NCBI GenBank assembly: GCA_965644265.1
Contig: OZ286470.1
Span: 18,290,001-18,354,000, forward strand
Reading direction: 5' to 3'
DNA: 64,000 bases
From: Glycera tridactyla
Taxonomy: Eukaryota
Made by a program: the position numbers and the translations under genes. Numbering within the stretch: position 1 is the first letter of the stretch; each line of letters starts with the position of its first letter. Positions 29,001 to 41,309 of the stretch are shown in pieces. The notes under the pieces are model-generated. The model saw only the letters and a list, made by a program, of their open reading frames with translations, did no database searches and was not told where the DNA came from.

Positions 29001-30705
29001 GAGCAGACTCTGATGGAGTAGTAGGTAATCATTATTTCTGAGAAATTGTTCAGACAAATTGTCCCCACATTAAAGCTATCGTAACTCATAATGGGCCCAA
29101 GAGTTACCGACCTGACCACACAAGTTTTTATCCAAGGAAAATATCCCACCAACATCTGTTTATATAAAATCCAACATCAAATATGGAAGATTGCAATGGC
29201 ATCGCTTTTTAGCACAACACTTATGATGTGCCAGTTTACAATAATTAGTGTCACATCTTCCTAGAAAATTTAAAAGGTACACAAAAAGTTTGAGCATTGA
29301 ATTCAACTCTGGAATATCTAACAATAACCATCTTATCGGTGTTCAATAATTTTGTCTTATAATTTTGTTAGACATTCTTGATAATTTATTTGAGAAAAAT
29401 TCTTCCAATCATTTGTAAGGGATCACAATATTCATAAATGGTATTTAAAAAAGGCATTCAAATGAGTTTTGCACACTTTAAGTCAGCATGAGATGTTCTC
29501 CTTGGATACATAGCACCAGTGATAAAAAATAATATACATAAAGATACTATGTATAAGAAAGCATAGGATATATTATTAACCGCATGATTGTCTGTCTGTA
29601 TGATGAAAAGAAAGAAATACACAGTATTATATCAGACATCAACAACACATGAAACAATATCCTTCGTCAAGACACATTCAACGATCAATCAATGACCCAG
29701 AGTTGCATGCACATCTAACATTTCCATAAAATAATTGATGTCAATATTTTATTTTTGAATTCCACTCTTTGATCTAATGATGACATGAAGAACTTTGAAT
29801 CAATTTGTCAATAGGTACCACAGCATCCTGTACCTCAATTTCTGAGACTGACTCGCATACTGTGATCAGACTGAATTAGTGAGAAATAGTGCATGGAACT
29901 CACTTTACGTCACTCAGAGTAAACAGTTAGTAAATCACATAATAAGCGTGTATGGCAAATATCAAACAGAGCATTTAATCAAATTTCATATGCCTTTGAT
30001 TCAAATATGAATATCCAAATGAGCAAGTCATGAAAATGGCTTGTATATTTTTCATTCATAATGTTTTCTACTGTCATATACTATCTAAATCACGAATGCA
30101 TGAAAGTGATTGAGCAATACTTGTTGTATTTGCCAAAAATTACAAGATGAGAAATAGTAAAGACGTATCCTTTGATATATGCCATACCAACTCAACAACA
30201 TTATTTATACACAGTTTCAGAAACACACAATTACAGAGTTACAATAGCTCAGAAGTTAAGTTAATCATCACAACAGCGTGAAAACTTTGTTAATAAAAGT
30301 CTTGAAAATATACCTCTCCTCATCATGATGGATAATTTTCACTTCATGATATTTTTTAGCTACTCAGTTGAAAGATAAGTTATCACCACTGTTCTTTACT
30401 GGTATGAGGATAAAATACTTGTAGTAGATACTGCAATTATATATAAATAGAATACAAATAGAATAAAACAATTTGTATATTACCAATATGAAAAAACTGC
30501 ATATAGAACCAGGAGTATTAGACACTCGATTCTTATAGAGAAAAACCTCAATGGATTACCAATTCAATCAGAGCATCATGATTCATAGAACAAAATATGA
30601 GACAGGTGATGGTGTGTCCCTGAATACCAGGGCACTATTGCTACAGGACTATCAATGGCATGAATTACCAACACTTGTGGAGCAATAGTGTAAGTGATGA
30701 TGATG

Positions 30706-30849
30706 NNNNNNNNNNNNNNNNNNNNNNNNNNNNNNNNNNNNNNNNNNNNNNNNNNNNNNNNNNNNNNNNNNNNNNNNNNNNNNNNNNNNNNNNNNNNNNN
30801 NNNNNNNNNNNNNNNNNNNNNNNNNNNNNNNNNNNNNNNNNNNNNNNNN
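30706..30849. other. assembly gap (N run)
   Basis: 144 N. Confidence 0.99.
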
Positions 30850-31154
30850 GTCCTACACTCGGGGAGTGTGACCGGGGTTTGAAAGACGCGTCCTTCGTGC
30901 GCTGTTTTGCGTGACGTCACAATCACCTGCGTGATGCGTGACGTCACAGGAGAATATAGACCATGCTCACCTGACATGCTGTGGGCGCAGCCATGTCAGG
31001 TGTGGCATCGGTTGGGTGGTCCAGGGGGGCAGAGCATGACATGCTTCTGCCCCCCTGGTGCTCCCACATTCCCCCCCACAAAATAAAGAGGGTGACCCCT
31101 ATTTATTCAATGTGGTGTGCAAACCCGGTTTCGGGGATTTCTTCCCCCCCCCCC

Positions 31155-31191
<37 letters not shown>

Positions 31192-31221
31192 TTGTTCAGA
31201 TGGAAGAACCACAACTAATGC

Positions 31222-31264
<43 letters not shown>

Positions 31265-31330
31265 AATAATAATGACAATGATGATTATGATAATAATAAT
31301 AAATAGCATTGATAGTAATAACATAAATAA
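31155..31330. repeat. (AAT/GAT)n trinucleotide microsatellite
   Basis: Long aat/gat tract; explains the poly-N/poly-I ORFs. Confidence 0.93.
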
Positions 31331-31467
31331 TAGTAACTCAATCCATTTATAGTGCTGAATGTGAAAGTAAACAATCCATTTTAGTCTCAGAATCATGTGC
31401 AGTCATTTTTTCCGTGGTTCAAAGGTATGAAATATGTACTTCATCAAACTGCATATTCATATATCAT

Positions 31468-31662
31468 CAGGGATTTTTTGGTGGAGAAAATGTTTGTGCC
31501 TTTGGGCACATTGAAACAGTTTCCATGTGCCACTTAACAATTTCATGTGCCCCAAACAACATCTCATCAAAGTCTGCTTAATTGCAAGTGCCCTTTTGAG
31601 CACATAATATATGCCTGTATAGGCTTTTTTCACAATCATATGTGCCTTTAGAGCAAGACACG
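31468..31662. mobile_element. degenerate hAT-like MITE (GGCACAT family)
   Basis: Begins cagggatt; repeated atgtgcc/ggcacat; inverted relative to the copy at 34825-35040. Confidence 0.6.
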
Positions 31663-33985
31663 GAATGACAGCAAGTTGTCACCAACATATTCAACTCATT
31701 ATTGACTGCACATGAGACTGAAAAGGCAAATGAAATCATGAAAAAGTTCTAATGGGTGTTTATCCATAATAGAGTTCCTGTGCTGATTCCTAATGGTTCA
31801 AAGGTATTTCATCTTTAAGATCCCAAGGGGTTATGAGTACTTATCTTCTTCCAAACTTCCCATGTGTAATGGTGTTTAGTGAAAAGTGGAGGAGGTATAC
31901 ATGCATTTACAAAAATGGTGATAACAAATGACTGCATTGGGGGTCCAGCGCAACCAACTGAAGAAGTGCATGAACATGTTTATCTGGACATGCATTTAAG
32001 AGATCAACTCTATCTATAGGAGAAGAGGATTTTCCCCAATGGTGGGCTCTCTCTGGAGTCCATGAAGTGGGGTTGGTTGATTAGGATTTGGCAGCATGAA
32101 ATGACCAATGAGTTCCTGACCATGATTCAAGAATGATACCTTAACACACCTATTGTATGGGTGTCTCAATATAGCCCAAATGGATCAGATGATATATAAA
32201 TTAACAAACAAACCTATAGTACATTTTGACTATTTGATGAAAACAAAATCTGATACAGAACGAGCATAGGGAAGTTCAACTTGTCTAGAATAAACCTTCC
32301 TATAATTTCTGTCTCATGCAATCCAGTTTGGGTTGACGAGATCTCAATCATCACTCAATCAATGAATCAAACGGGATTTGAATGACTGCCAAGAAGGCAC
32401 TGACAGCAATCTCGATTATGGAACTCTATTAAGGGTAAAAATTCACACTCAAATCACGAACCACTTTCCCTCTTCAACCTGATTCTCTCTAACACATTTT
32501 TGTTCTCCAGCACATTAAATTTTGAGCTCATAGCACAACAGTTGCAATTAGTCAAAAAAATCCTAGCATCAATGCTTGCAACAACAACAGTCTGAACAAG
32601 ATAGGAATTTTCCATGCCAAGATATTGTAAAGCTTGGCCAAAATTATATCAATACCATCAATTTCCTGAGCCGAAATCCTGTAAACTGCATGACCCCAAC
32701 GACCACGTATACTGACCATCCAATTTCAATGAAAATTATTTCTCAAATGGCTACAATCTAGTTTAACAATTGTCTCTGCTAAGCTCCAAATGACATGACT
32801 GTTATCGGACATAATGAATGTACATCCATGTCTCCTGATCGAAGATTTTCCAGTCCAATATAGAAATGAGTGAAAATGACATGATGTAGAATGAATACTA
32901 TGCACCAATGGGTTCAGGTTGAACAGGAAAACTCAAGAGTGCAAACCAAACACTGACAGAAGTTCAGCAAAAGACACCACGTTGATAGATAAAAATTCTT
33001 CATGCTTATTTTAGAGGCCAATTCTACTTGCAGCTTCTTTGTCTCCCTCTCTTAAAAAATTCAGGACATCTGATGGTTCTATGTCTAAGTGCAATGAAAC
33101 GAGACATGCCAAGGTCATCAGTAATAGGATTCAATGTCATTTGCCTGATGACCAAATGACTCAAGATGGTATCTTGGAATGAGGATTTTTAACAAACCAT
33201 GAACTTGGCACACATACTGTAGTGTGTGGTATAGATTGCTCGTGATTCTGGGAATCTTTCACAAATAAAGTATTGATTGCAAGTAGAAATGACCTGTAGC
33301 AAACCAGAGAAATAAATTCACAAAGTTTCAGAGGCACTTCAACACTATGTCATACAACAAGGTCATGGCATGCCTCTAAATATTCTCCATGCTTTTTCTT
33401 CTCGAAGAGACAGATTGTACATATCAAAACAGAATGAAACTAAGTCAACAATGAAAACAATGAAAGAATGAAATTTGAGTCAACAGAAAGATCGAGATCA
33501 AGATGGGAAATCATTGAAAACCACAAACAACAGTGGTGCCATTCAACTGGGCTCTCGTTATGTGTCAGGTACTGCTGATGTGTCAAAAATCTGAGAGGCA
33601 CCTTTTGCCACTGGGTGCTCGATGGATCCTGACACTCCAGAAGCTGTGAAACATGATGAGAGAAATTCCCAGTCAAAAGCTAGCAATCACATGTAACATC
33701 ATCATGCATAATACCTGGAATAAAGACCTGATTACAATGATGATATGTACAACATGAGTCGAACAATGTGCCAAAAGTAATCTGTCATGAACCACATTTT
33801 CAGTAGACTGACAACTTATCACCAGAAATTTGGGCTATCATTATGGTTATCATCATCATTATCAATAATAATCATCCTGATAATTATCATTATGATAATC
33901 ATTATTGATGATAATCATTATTGATGATAATTATTTTCTCTGAAGTCTGCAGCAATTGCTGAAGAGCCATCTGCATTTAGACGTC

Positions 33986-34206
33986 CTGGGTTAGCATCCT
34001 GGATTTCCAGAATCGGGGGCATTTGCCCCCTAATATATGTGAAAAGGGGGCATTTTCTCAAAATCTTTCAAAATGGGTTCAGTCAATGAGGAATTAGAGC
34101 AACCCTCTTGCTGATTTAGTGGGCATCATGACCTCTGGTTACTTTGAAAATGTGTGAGATGCCCACATGCCCCCCCCCCCCCCCCCCCCCTCTGGATGCA
34201 ACCCTG
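33986..34206. mobile_element. second, older copy of the CAGGGTTGCATCCAG MITE
   Basis: Right TIR ctggatgcaaccctg intact, left TIR degenerate; internal similarity to 10904-11128. Confidence 0.8.
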
Positions 34207-34366
34207 TCACATCTACAGAGTAAAAAAAATGAATGGTTCAGGAAGATGACCTTTGGTCGTTACATACAATGATAATTTCATCATCATGGTTATTTGAACA
34301 TTGGTTAGTGGGAGCAGCAAATGCAGTTTGGCATTAAAGGGGTGAACGTGAGAGGCTGGTACCTAC

Positions 34367-34473
34367 CTTGCTATTCGCAAAAAGTAGACCTATGCCCTCC
34401 ATGCAGACCTGGAGGAGGCCACCCTGGCCCGTCTTCATATCTTGCACAGGAAACTCTCCACCTAGTTCAGGAC
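34367..34473 (-). CDS. MADD: MADD exon (G)[35 protein letters not shown]
   Basis: atgctttcag|GT...AAG|gtaggt, 107 nt, phase 1->0. Confidence 0.96.
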
Positions 34474-34507
34474 CTGAAAGCATAAAATTGAGGAGATTCG
34501 ACATGTA

Positions 34508-34678
34508 CAGTAAAACCTGCTATAGTGAAATCCTGTCCACAGTGAAATCCTGTCTACAGTGAAAAGAAAAATCTGGCCTGAACGTTTTTTTTTTCACTAT
34601 AACTGTATATAGTGAAATCCTGTCCACCATAAGGAGAAAAATCTGGCCTGTGACTTTCCACTATAGACAGGTTTTATG
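34508..34678. mobile_element. TA-flanked MITE (CAGTAAAACCTG TIR)
   Basis: TA|CAGTAAAACCTGCTATAGTG...CACTATAGACAGGTTTTATG|TA; internal agtgaaatcctgtc repeats. Confidence 0.8.
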
Positions 34679-34824
34679 TATAAGGGATGATGAATCTGAA
34701 CCCAAAACAAATTTTTAGAAACAAAATGGATGATTCCCGGGGAAAAAATCCTTATACAGTGAAACCTCCGACAAAATTCATCAAAATACCTATTAATCAC
34801 TGAATTCGATCTATCATGATGTCA

Positions 34825-35040
34825 CAGGGATAGCCCGACACTGTGCCCTGTGCTAAAAGGCACATGAAGTTTGAAAAAGGCACATAGATACATTCACTAT
34901 GTGCCTAAAGGGCACATACAGTCCAGTGTACTTTGATGATACTACATCATTTTGGGCACATGAAGGAGTGAAATGGCACATGAAGTCTACATAAATGTGC
35001 CTAAAAGGCCCATACATCTTCCCTAGTCAGGAAATCCCTA
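34825..35040. mobile_element. hAT-like MITE (GGCACAT family)
   Basis: CAGGGAT...ATCCCTA ends; flanks tgatgtca / tgatatga (6 of 8, degenerate 8-bp TSD); internal ggcacat repeats. Confidence 0.7.
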
Positions 35041-35467
35041 TGATATGATGGGGCTTATCCAATAAACATCTTTATTGATAAGATGTATTCTTGAAGCCAA
35101 TGGAGGCAGGTTTTATTAATCGCCATTTTATCTTCTCCTCCATCATTGCTAACATGGTTCCAGGTTGTCCAGTCTTCCTCCCTCTTAATAATGTATGTTA
35201 GACCATGATACTAAGTACAAAAGCTTTGACGAGAAATCATCTTGAATGTCACCAGAAACTCATTTCTCAAAAGAGGTAGCCTCTCATCAGTGGTCCATGT
35301 GCAAAGCTGCCCTGAAGAGGCAGTATACCATCAGAGGTGGTCTCTGATCAGTGGATCTCTCTTCACATCTTTCATCGAATTCATATAGGTGAAACTTTCC
35401 AATAACCTACATTATAACTTGATTTATACCATACAAAGTACATCTGAACATATGAGACCTAGATGTA

Positions 35468-35634
35468 CAGTGAAACCTGCGACGAGAGACCCCCGAAGAG
35501 AGACCACCTCCAACGGAAGACCGCTTTTCCAGGGCAGCTTTCCTAGTCAAATATACCTCCGACGAGAGACCACCTCTTTCGAGAGACTGCTTTTTGGTGT
35601 CATTTAGGGAGGTCTCTCGTCGCAGGTTTCACTG
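35468..35634. mobile_element. TA-flanked MITE, family A
   Basis: Perfect 24-bp TIR CAGTGAAACCTGCGACGAGAGACC and TA flanks; opposite orientation to the 5742 and 49012 copies. Confidence 0.92.
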
Positions 35635-35765
35635 TAGATGTAGATTTTGTAAATCTCTTTCACAGAAGTGTCCTCTTCACAATCAGGAGCCAGCATATAC
35701 TCAAAACCACAATATTACTGAATCACCACTTGCAAATAATTTCCTGAGTTCCGACAACTACTCAC

Positions 35766-35838
35766 CAGGGATTTTCCCATTGTTGCGAGCTGCAGCCCGT
35801 TCCATTGCTTCTTTGACACAGAAGTACAGGTCTTTGCA
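35766..35838 (-). CDS. MADD: MADD exon [24 protein letters not shown](G)
   Basis: tatattgcag|TGC...CCT G|gtgagt, 73 nt, phase 0->1. Confidence 0.96.
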
Positions 35839-36273
35839 CTGCAATATAAATTAATCCTCAGGTAAGACATTGATTTGTAATAGTACATCCCCATCAATTA
35901 TCTTTCATGTACCATCATCTATGTTGGGAACAGAAGATTAGGGGAGGTTTGTTGGTTGGTTAGAAGTTTAAAATCATGTCAGCTCCATGAGTGCTATATC
36001 GTGACACCCATGCAATGGGAATGGCTGAGATTGATCAAGGCCCCATCTAAGGCCCTAGGAGAATGTGAAATGACATGGAATTCACAGACACTTCAGGCAA
36101 GAGAAGGGGATAAAGCTAAAGATGTGTGCTTTGAGAAATAGGGATACTCTTTTTCTTAATTGCCAGACTGACTGTCAGTACTCAGATCTTCATTCTCAAG
36201 GAGAAGTTCATACATAGTACAGGTGCATTGAGGTGAAAAATACACTTGAGGGAAGAAAAGAAACTCAATACAG

Positions 36274-36853
36274 CAGGGCGCGACGAGATAGCCTCCCGAA
36301 CGTCCGGGGCGTGCCGAAATCGCCGTCGGGCGGGTGTATCTCAAAGTTACACGTCTTTTTCGAGCGGGCTCTTCTGGCCATATTTCTGTTGGATCGCATC
36401 TAAAAGTCGATAAAACGAAGTTTATTTGTCAAATTCGCTGGCGAGTTTCGTCACTTTCGGGAAGACCCAGTGCCATCTTTAACGCTGGAGGTGATAAAGA
36501 ACCGACACAGTTATCTGTCGCGATCCCTGATTGGCCAAATCGCCAAAATCGCGGCGAAATCCATCAATCAGCGACCTGCTTTCATGGGGCTCTCGTCGCG
36601 AGATGTCAACAATTTGCGCAGAAGACGATTTCCAAGCATCTGCGCAGGTTTCGGAACCACGAGGAAGCCGATCGTATGAATGAATTTATCACGTTTGAAG
36701 TGTTTTCTACTGACATTTTGCGTATATGTATGAGTATTTCCTCGATCCAGTTGGTATTCGTGTACGGGCGGGTTGTTTTTCGTGGTGGGCGGGTGAATTT
36801 AAATTTCACCAGCCCGTCGGGCGGGTGAGTTTTTCCGATGCCTTCGCGCCCTG
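36274..36853. mobile_element. 580-bp CpG-rich non-autonomous element, TIR CAGGGCGCGA, 5-bp TSD (hAT5-like)
   Basis: TACAG|CAGGGCGCGA...TCGCGCCCTG|TACAG; subterminal ccgtcgggcgggtg repeats near both ends. Confidence 0.82.
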
Positions 36854-36855
36854 TA

Positions 36856-37013
36856 CAGTCAAACCTCCTCTAAAGACCACCACTATAAAGACCACCCCCC
36901 TATAGAGATCACCCTGAGCTGCAACCATGGTAGTATTTTCAACAGCAAATGATCTCTCAATGAAGACCACCTCCCTATAAAGGCCAAAGGCAGTCTTTAT
37001 AGAGATGTTTGAC
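36856..37013. mobile_element. TA-type MITE remnant (CAGTCAAACC), target of the 36274 insertion
   Basis: cagtcaaacctcctctaaagaccacc...agagatgtttgac; internal aagaccac repeats. Confidence 0.7.
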
Positions 37014-37196
37014 AACTCGGATCAAAAAGGAAGCACCATCACCTTCCAGTCCGTACAATATATGCTAGGATGCTGGAATCATTCCAGCAATCGCTTCCTG
37101 TCTACATCATCAAAATATGAACTTCTACGCATCTATAAAAGTCTGAATGTATGAAATCGGGGTTGAAAGTGGAGTTAAAACTTTCTGAGAACTTAC

Positions 37197-37361
37197 CTTT
37201 TTGGTATAGAATTTGTTGAGTTGAGTTTTGTCAGCATGCTTCCGCCACAAGCACAAGACTTTTGTCTTTGGGCAGTAGGTCATGTTGACAAGCTTCTCGT
37301 ACCACCACCGATCGCAGATGGCACCCGTTACGCTCCGCAGGATTATACAATCATCACATAC
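37197..37361 (-). CDS. MADD: MADD exon [55 protein letters not shown]
   Basis: tttcaccag|GTA...AAG|gtaagt, 165 nt, phase 0->0; near-invariant MADD motif. Confidence 0.97.
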
Positions 37362-37951
37362 CTGGTGAAATCAAACCAATGTCAATGTAATAGAGGACAC
37401 AGAAGAGACCATTAGCTAGTAAAGTTAACAAAATATCCTGCTGCAGTATAAATAGTGGGGCATATATAAATAAAACAGGGGATTTGATGTTTTCATTACA
37501 ATCCCTTCACCCTCAGCATGAAGAATGGGGAAAAATGTCGATGATAGGTACTTCTTTTTTATCAATAGCCTTATAGTCGGATTCCACAACACTGAGAGAA
37601 GAGCCATCGCATTATGAGTTCAACCTTATCACATGCACGCCCGCTCGCACACACGCCTCCAAGCCTGCATACAACCTAAATCACAGAACCTCATTATATT
37701 GTCAGGGCAAGAGCACTGCAGAGATCAACATTTGATTTTTTTCACTACATCTGTCCTCCCAGGTAATGCAGTTGAATTGGTCATCCCTCTCCCAACATTT
37801 TCATCTGTCCCTCTCCTGAGAATGGTGAACTGAATCTGGCAGGCAAACTGATCAAAATACAGTACCTGCCAAGGTAATCTAAAAGCATGTGTCAGTAGGG
37901 CATACCTCAGCATTGAGCCCTGCATAGAAACAACCAAATCTACCCAATATT

Positions 37952-38128
37952 CAGTAAAACCTCTTTTGGGAGACCCCTCATTTGGGAGACTGCCTTTTTT
38001 GTGAGACTGCTCTTCATCGGTTCTTTTTTTATTTGACTAAGTCAAATATAGCTCCAATGAGAGACCACCTCTCTTGGGAGACCGCTTGTGGATGGCATAT
38101 GGGTGGTCTCACAAAAGAGGTTTTACTG
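37952..38128. mobile_element. MITE, family A
   Basis: CAGTAAAACCTCTTTTG...CAAAAGAGGTTTTACTG|TA; its reverse complement aligns end to end with 49012-49189. Confidence 0.88.
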
Positions 38129-38205
38129 TATTACTTTTTCTATTACTCATACAGTATTTACATTCTTTTCCCTTCCATCATGGTATAGGTTCGTACAGTA
38201 CCTAC

Positions 38206-38313
38206 CTCCATGAAGAGCATATCGCCAGAGTTATCCGGCCCCCAATGTACTGTGAATGATTGTTTCTGCATCAACCGGCTCCCCATTGGTTTCAGATCAA
38301 TGTCATTACCATG
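38206..38313 (-). CDS. MADD: MADD exon [36 protein letters not shown]
   Basis: tgtgttgcag|CAT...GAG|gtaggt, 108 nt, phase 0->0. Confidence 0.96.
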
Positions 38314-38874
38314 CTGCAACACACAAATATACCCACTCATATCATTATCATCATTATTGTTATCATTATCATCATCATCATTATTATTACAGTGGAACCT
38401 GTGACTTACAAGCATAGACAGATCACCTTCCATGAGCTAGCATTCCTCTCAGGAAACATTTCTATCGTTTATTTGCAAATATATCTGAAACCAGCAAGCA
38501 CCTGTCTTGAGCCATTACTGCTGGCACCATGACCACCACTCCTACCACCACCGCCACCTTCAAGCATCTCTGCCATAGAAACAGATGGTTGAGAACCGTG
38601 GTGGTAGATTAAGGTGTAAAAAGTCGTTCGATCATACATACCTCAACCCACATAAAACACTTGATCAAATGTCCAGCATGAAATGTTGCAGCTGCTAAAC
38701 TTCATTGCATTCATATCATAGGATGAGTAACTATATAGTCCGTTGACATGTCTGGCTGGAGATTAATAAAGTTTTTTAAAATCAAATCGAACTATGGTAC
38801 TGCTTTAAAAATGATTGATCATTATTTAGACTCTAAGACTTGGATACAAGATATCACACATGAAGCCAACTTAC

Positions 38875-39091
38875 CAAACTGTTGATCTGATCAAGCAGTG
38901 TATTGATGTTCTGACTGTGGATGAGACCAATATGGCATTTGCCAAGTAAGCGGCGAACTTTCCGACGAACCTCATTCTTCGATACCCGCATCATCACCAT
39001 GAATGCAACGGCGTTGTAGAGTAAGGTGCCGAGAAGACGATCCTCATCATGTTCCAGCCGCCGTTTGTCTGCATCACTCATTGAGTTATAC
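38875..39091 (-). CDS. MADD: MADD exon, death-domain region ([26 protein letters not shown]...[11 protein letters not shown])
   Basis: tgtttttag|G TAT...TTG|gtaagt, 217 nt, phase 2->0. Confidence 0.97.
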
Positions 39092-39524
39092 CTAAAAACA
39101 AATCAGATGAAGAGTTTTTGATGACTTATGATTGGGACATATCAAAACCTGTAGTAGCCACCATGTCCGCATGACCATCAAGATGTCATGTTCCATCTTG
39201 TAATATTCAATAACCATTATTACTATTGTTGTTGTTTATCAGTATCATTATTATCATCATGAATCATCATGATTGTCATCTTATGACCATAAAGATTTCA
39301 TGACTTATCTTCTAATGATTATCATTATTACTATTATTATTATTATAATTATTATTATTACAGATTATCATTGATCATCATCATCATCTTCATTATAACC
39401 AACACATTCCTGGCTCGAAAACTACTGACCAGGTCTAGCTCTTCACTGTTGCCAATGATGGTTATGGTTACCATAAACGGACTCACACCATCCTGAATTT
39501 CTAATGAAATAAAATATTACATAC

Positions 39525-39645
39525 CTTTCCATCATCTCTGTTGGTCCCTGGTCCATGCCAATGATGTCACGTTCCTGCGCGACGCCATCTAAGAAAGCAT
39601 CTTCCCAGAATTGCATCTGATCCCACAGCCAAGACCGGTCCTTTC
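39525..39645 (-). CDS. MADD: MADD exon (G)[39 protein letters not shown](R)
   Basis: tgcttgcag|GA...GAA AG|gtatgt, 121 nt, phase 1->2. Confidence 0.97.
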
Positions 39646-39714
39646 CTGCAAGCACACATAAATGCAAACATCAGCGATATCGCTGGAACAGCAGAATGCA
39701 GCAGAAACACTCAC

Positions 39715-39733
39715 CAGCATCATCCATTGATAA
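39715..39733 (-). CDS. MADD: candidate 19-nt microexon LSMDDA(G)
   Basis: gtttttgctttcactgaag|TTATCAATGGATGATGCTG|gtgagt; phase 0->1; followed by a 69-nt intron. Confidence 0.5.
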
Positions 39734-41309
39734 CTTCAGTGAAAGCAAAAACGGGTCATACAAAAGAGGTCTCTCCTATTGCAGGTGTATTTGACTATGT
39801 CATATAGACAGTGATGTCAATGAGAAGAAGCTAAATTTTAAAAAATATGGAAACAACACTTTTTGTAACTACCTCACATATCATCAAAAGTATTTGTTCT
39901 GGAACTCCCAACAAGATTTTAGCAATTTTTGAAATTATTATTTTTCACCCAATTTTCCAATTTCTGAAAATTTTTGGAAAATTGGCACCACTGTATGGAC
40001 AAATGGGGTAAGAGAAGAGGGTCTCGCACTTCAGTTGATCACCTATTCGGGAGTCTCGTAGCAGTTTTTGTTGAATCATGATTGACTGAATCCAACATCT
40101 TGTTCCCAATTTGACATCATGTTTCGATCCACATAAGTATGAATGCCTTGAAAGGCAGGGTGGCAGGTACATAATGGTTCTGGAGGAAGCAACACCTAAA
40201 TGAAATTCTGCTTTTTTTCAATTAGCAAGATAAGATATGGCAAATATGTCTGTCAACTATTCCCCCTGACATCACTTTATCACATCATAATTCCGAAACA
40301 AAACTCTCAAAATCAAACTTTTGGGATGTGTTTTACAATCATTGATACCATCATACATAAGAGCACCTGCATCAGCCGACTATCCGGAAAAAAATGGGTA
40401 AAGCCCATGACGATTGGGACATCATATAGGGAAAAATACTTCTCTCCTAACATTTTGAAAGTTCGATGAGTTCCTAGTGGTATGTCATTTCCTGAGAACT
40501 ATCTAATGCTGATTTGAGGAAAGATGAATGATGCAGGCGATTCCTCACTATCAAAGTGATTTTTTTATAGAATAAACATGAGCTTCTGTCCCCAAATCGT
40601 CATATTTATTGTGTAGTGTGAGTATTCCCCTTGCCATTTGTGCAAAGTGGTCCGGTAGGAGGTGGTTCCTGCTTAAATGATACTTCATTAGTGCTTATCC
40701 TGGGGGAATCCTGAAATGGATACTTGTGGTGGGTGGTTCAACTGCTTCGGATTCTAAAACAGGGAGATGCTCCCTCCCAAGTTAGCATCACAATTTTTAA
40801 ACCTCATCACAGATGATAGGGAACATGAAAGGTCATCAAATGGGAGTGGTTTTATAACAGCCTGAAGACAAGGTTCTCACAGATAATAAAATACTCAAAA
40901 CTAGAGCTTTGTCACAGAGGTGACTAAAAATACCCCCGCCGCCACTTTGACACAGACTGTACGCAATATGGCCAAGGGACAGCAAACCTGTAAAACCAAA
41001 AAGTGGCCTTTTCAGGCAGGTGGATTTCATAGAGGTCATTTACTGTTGAGATTATTATTACAGTCGCAGCTGTGGTAGCTCAGGTGGCCTTTATAGTCTG
41101 GTGGTCTCTTGAGCAGGTTTGACTGTGTGTGTGTGTGGGGGGGGGGGGGGTTGAGGGAGCAAAGGATTAAATGGGGTCATATATAGAAGAGCAACAAAAC
41201 CATGTCTATTACGGAGAATGTTACATAACCATGAAAGGAAAGCCAAGGGCAGTGTGAGAGGCCTTAATGAGCCTCGTTGATTTCCGGCTGCCTCGAATTC
41301 CAAACTTAC

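Noticed and set aside
29904-29932. Perfect TACTAAC branch point followed by gag|TGACGTAAA|gtgagt on the minus strand
   Set aside because: GAG is a weak acceptor and the 9-mer starts with an in-frame stop; indistinguishable from chance.
36334-36828. 164-aa ORF inside the hAT-like element
   Set aside because: No transposase, BED-finger or DDE motifs; an expected by-product of GC-rich sequence.
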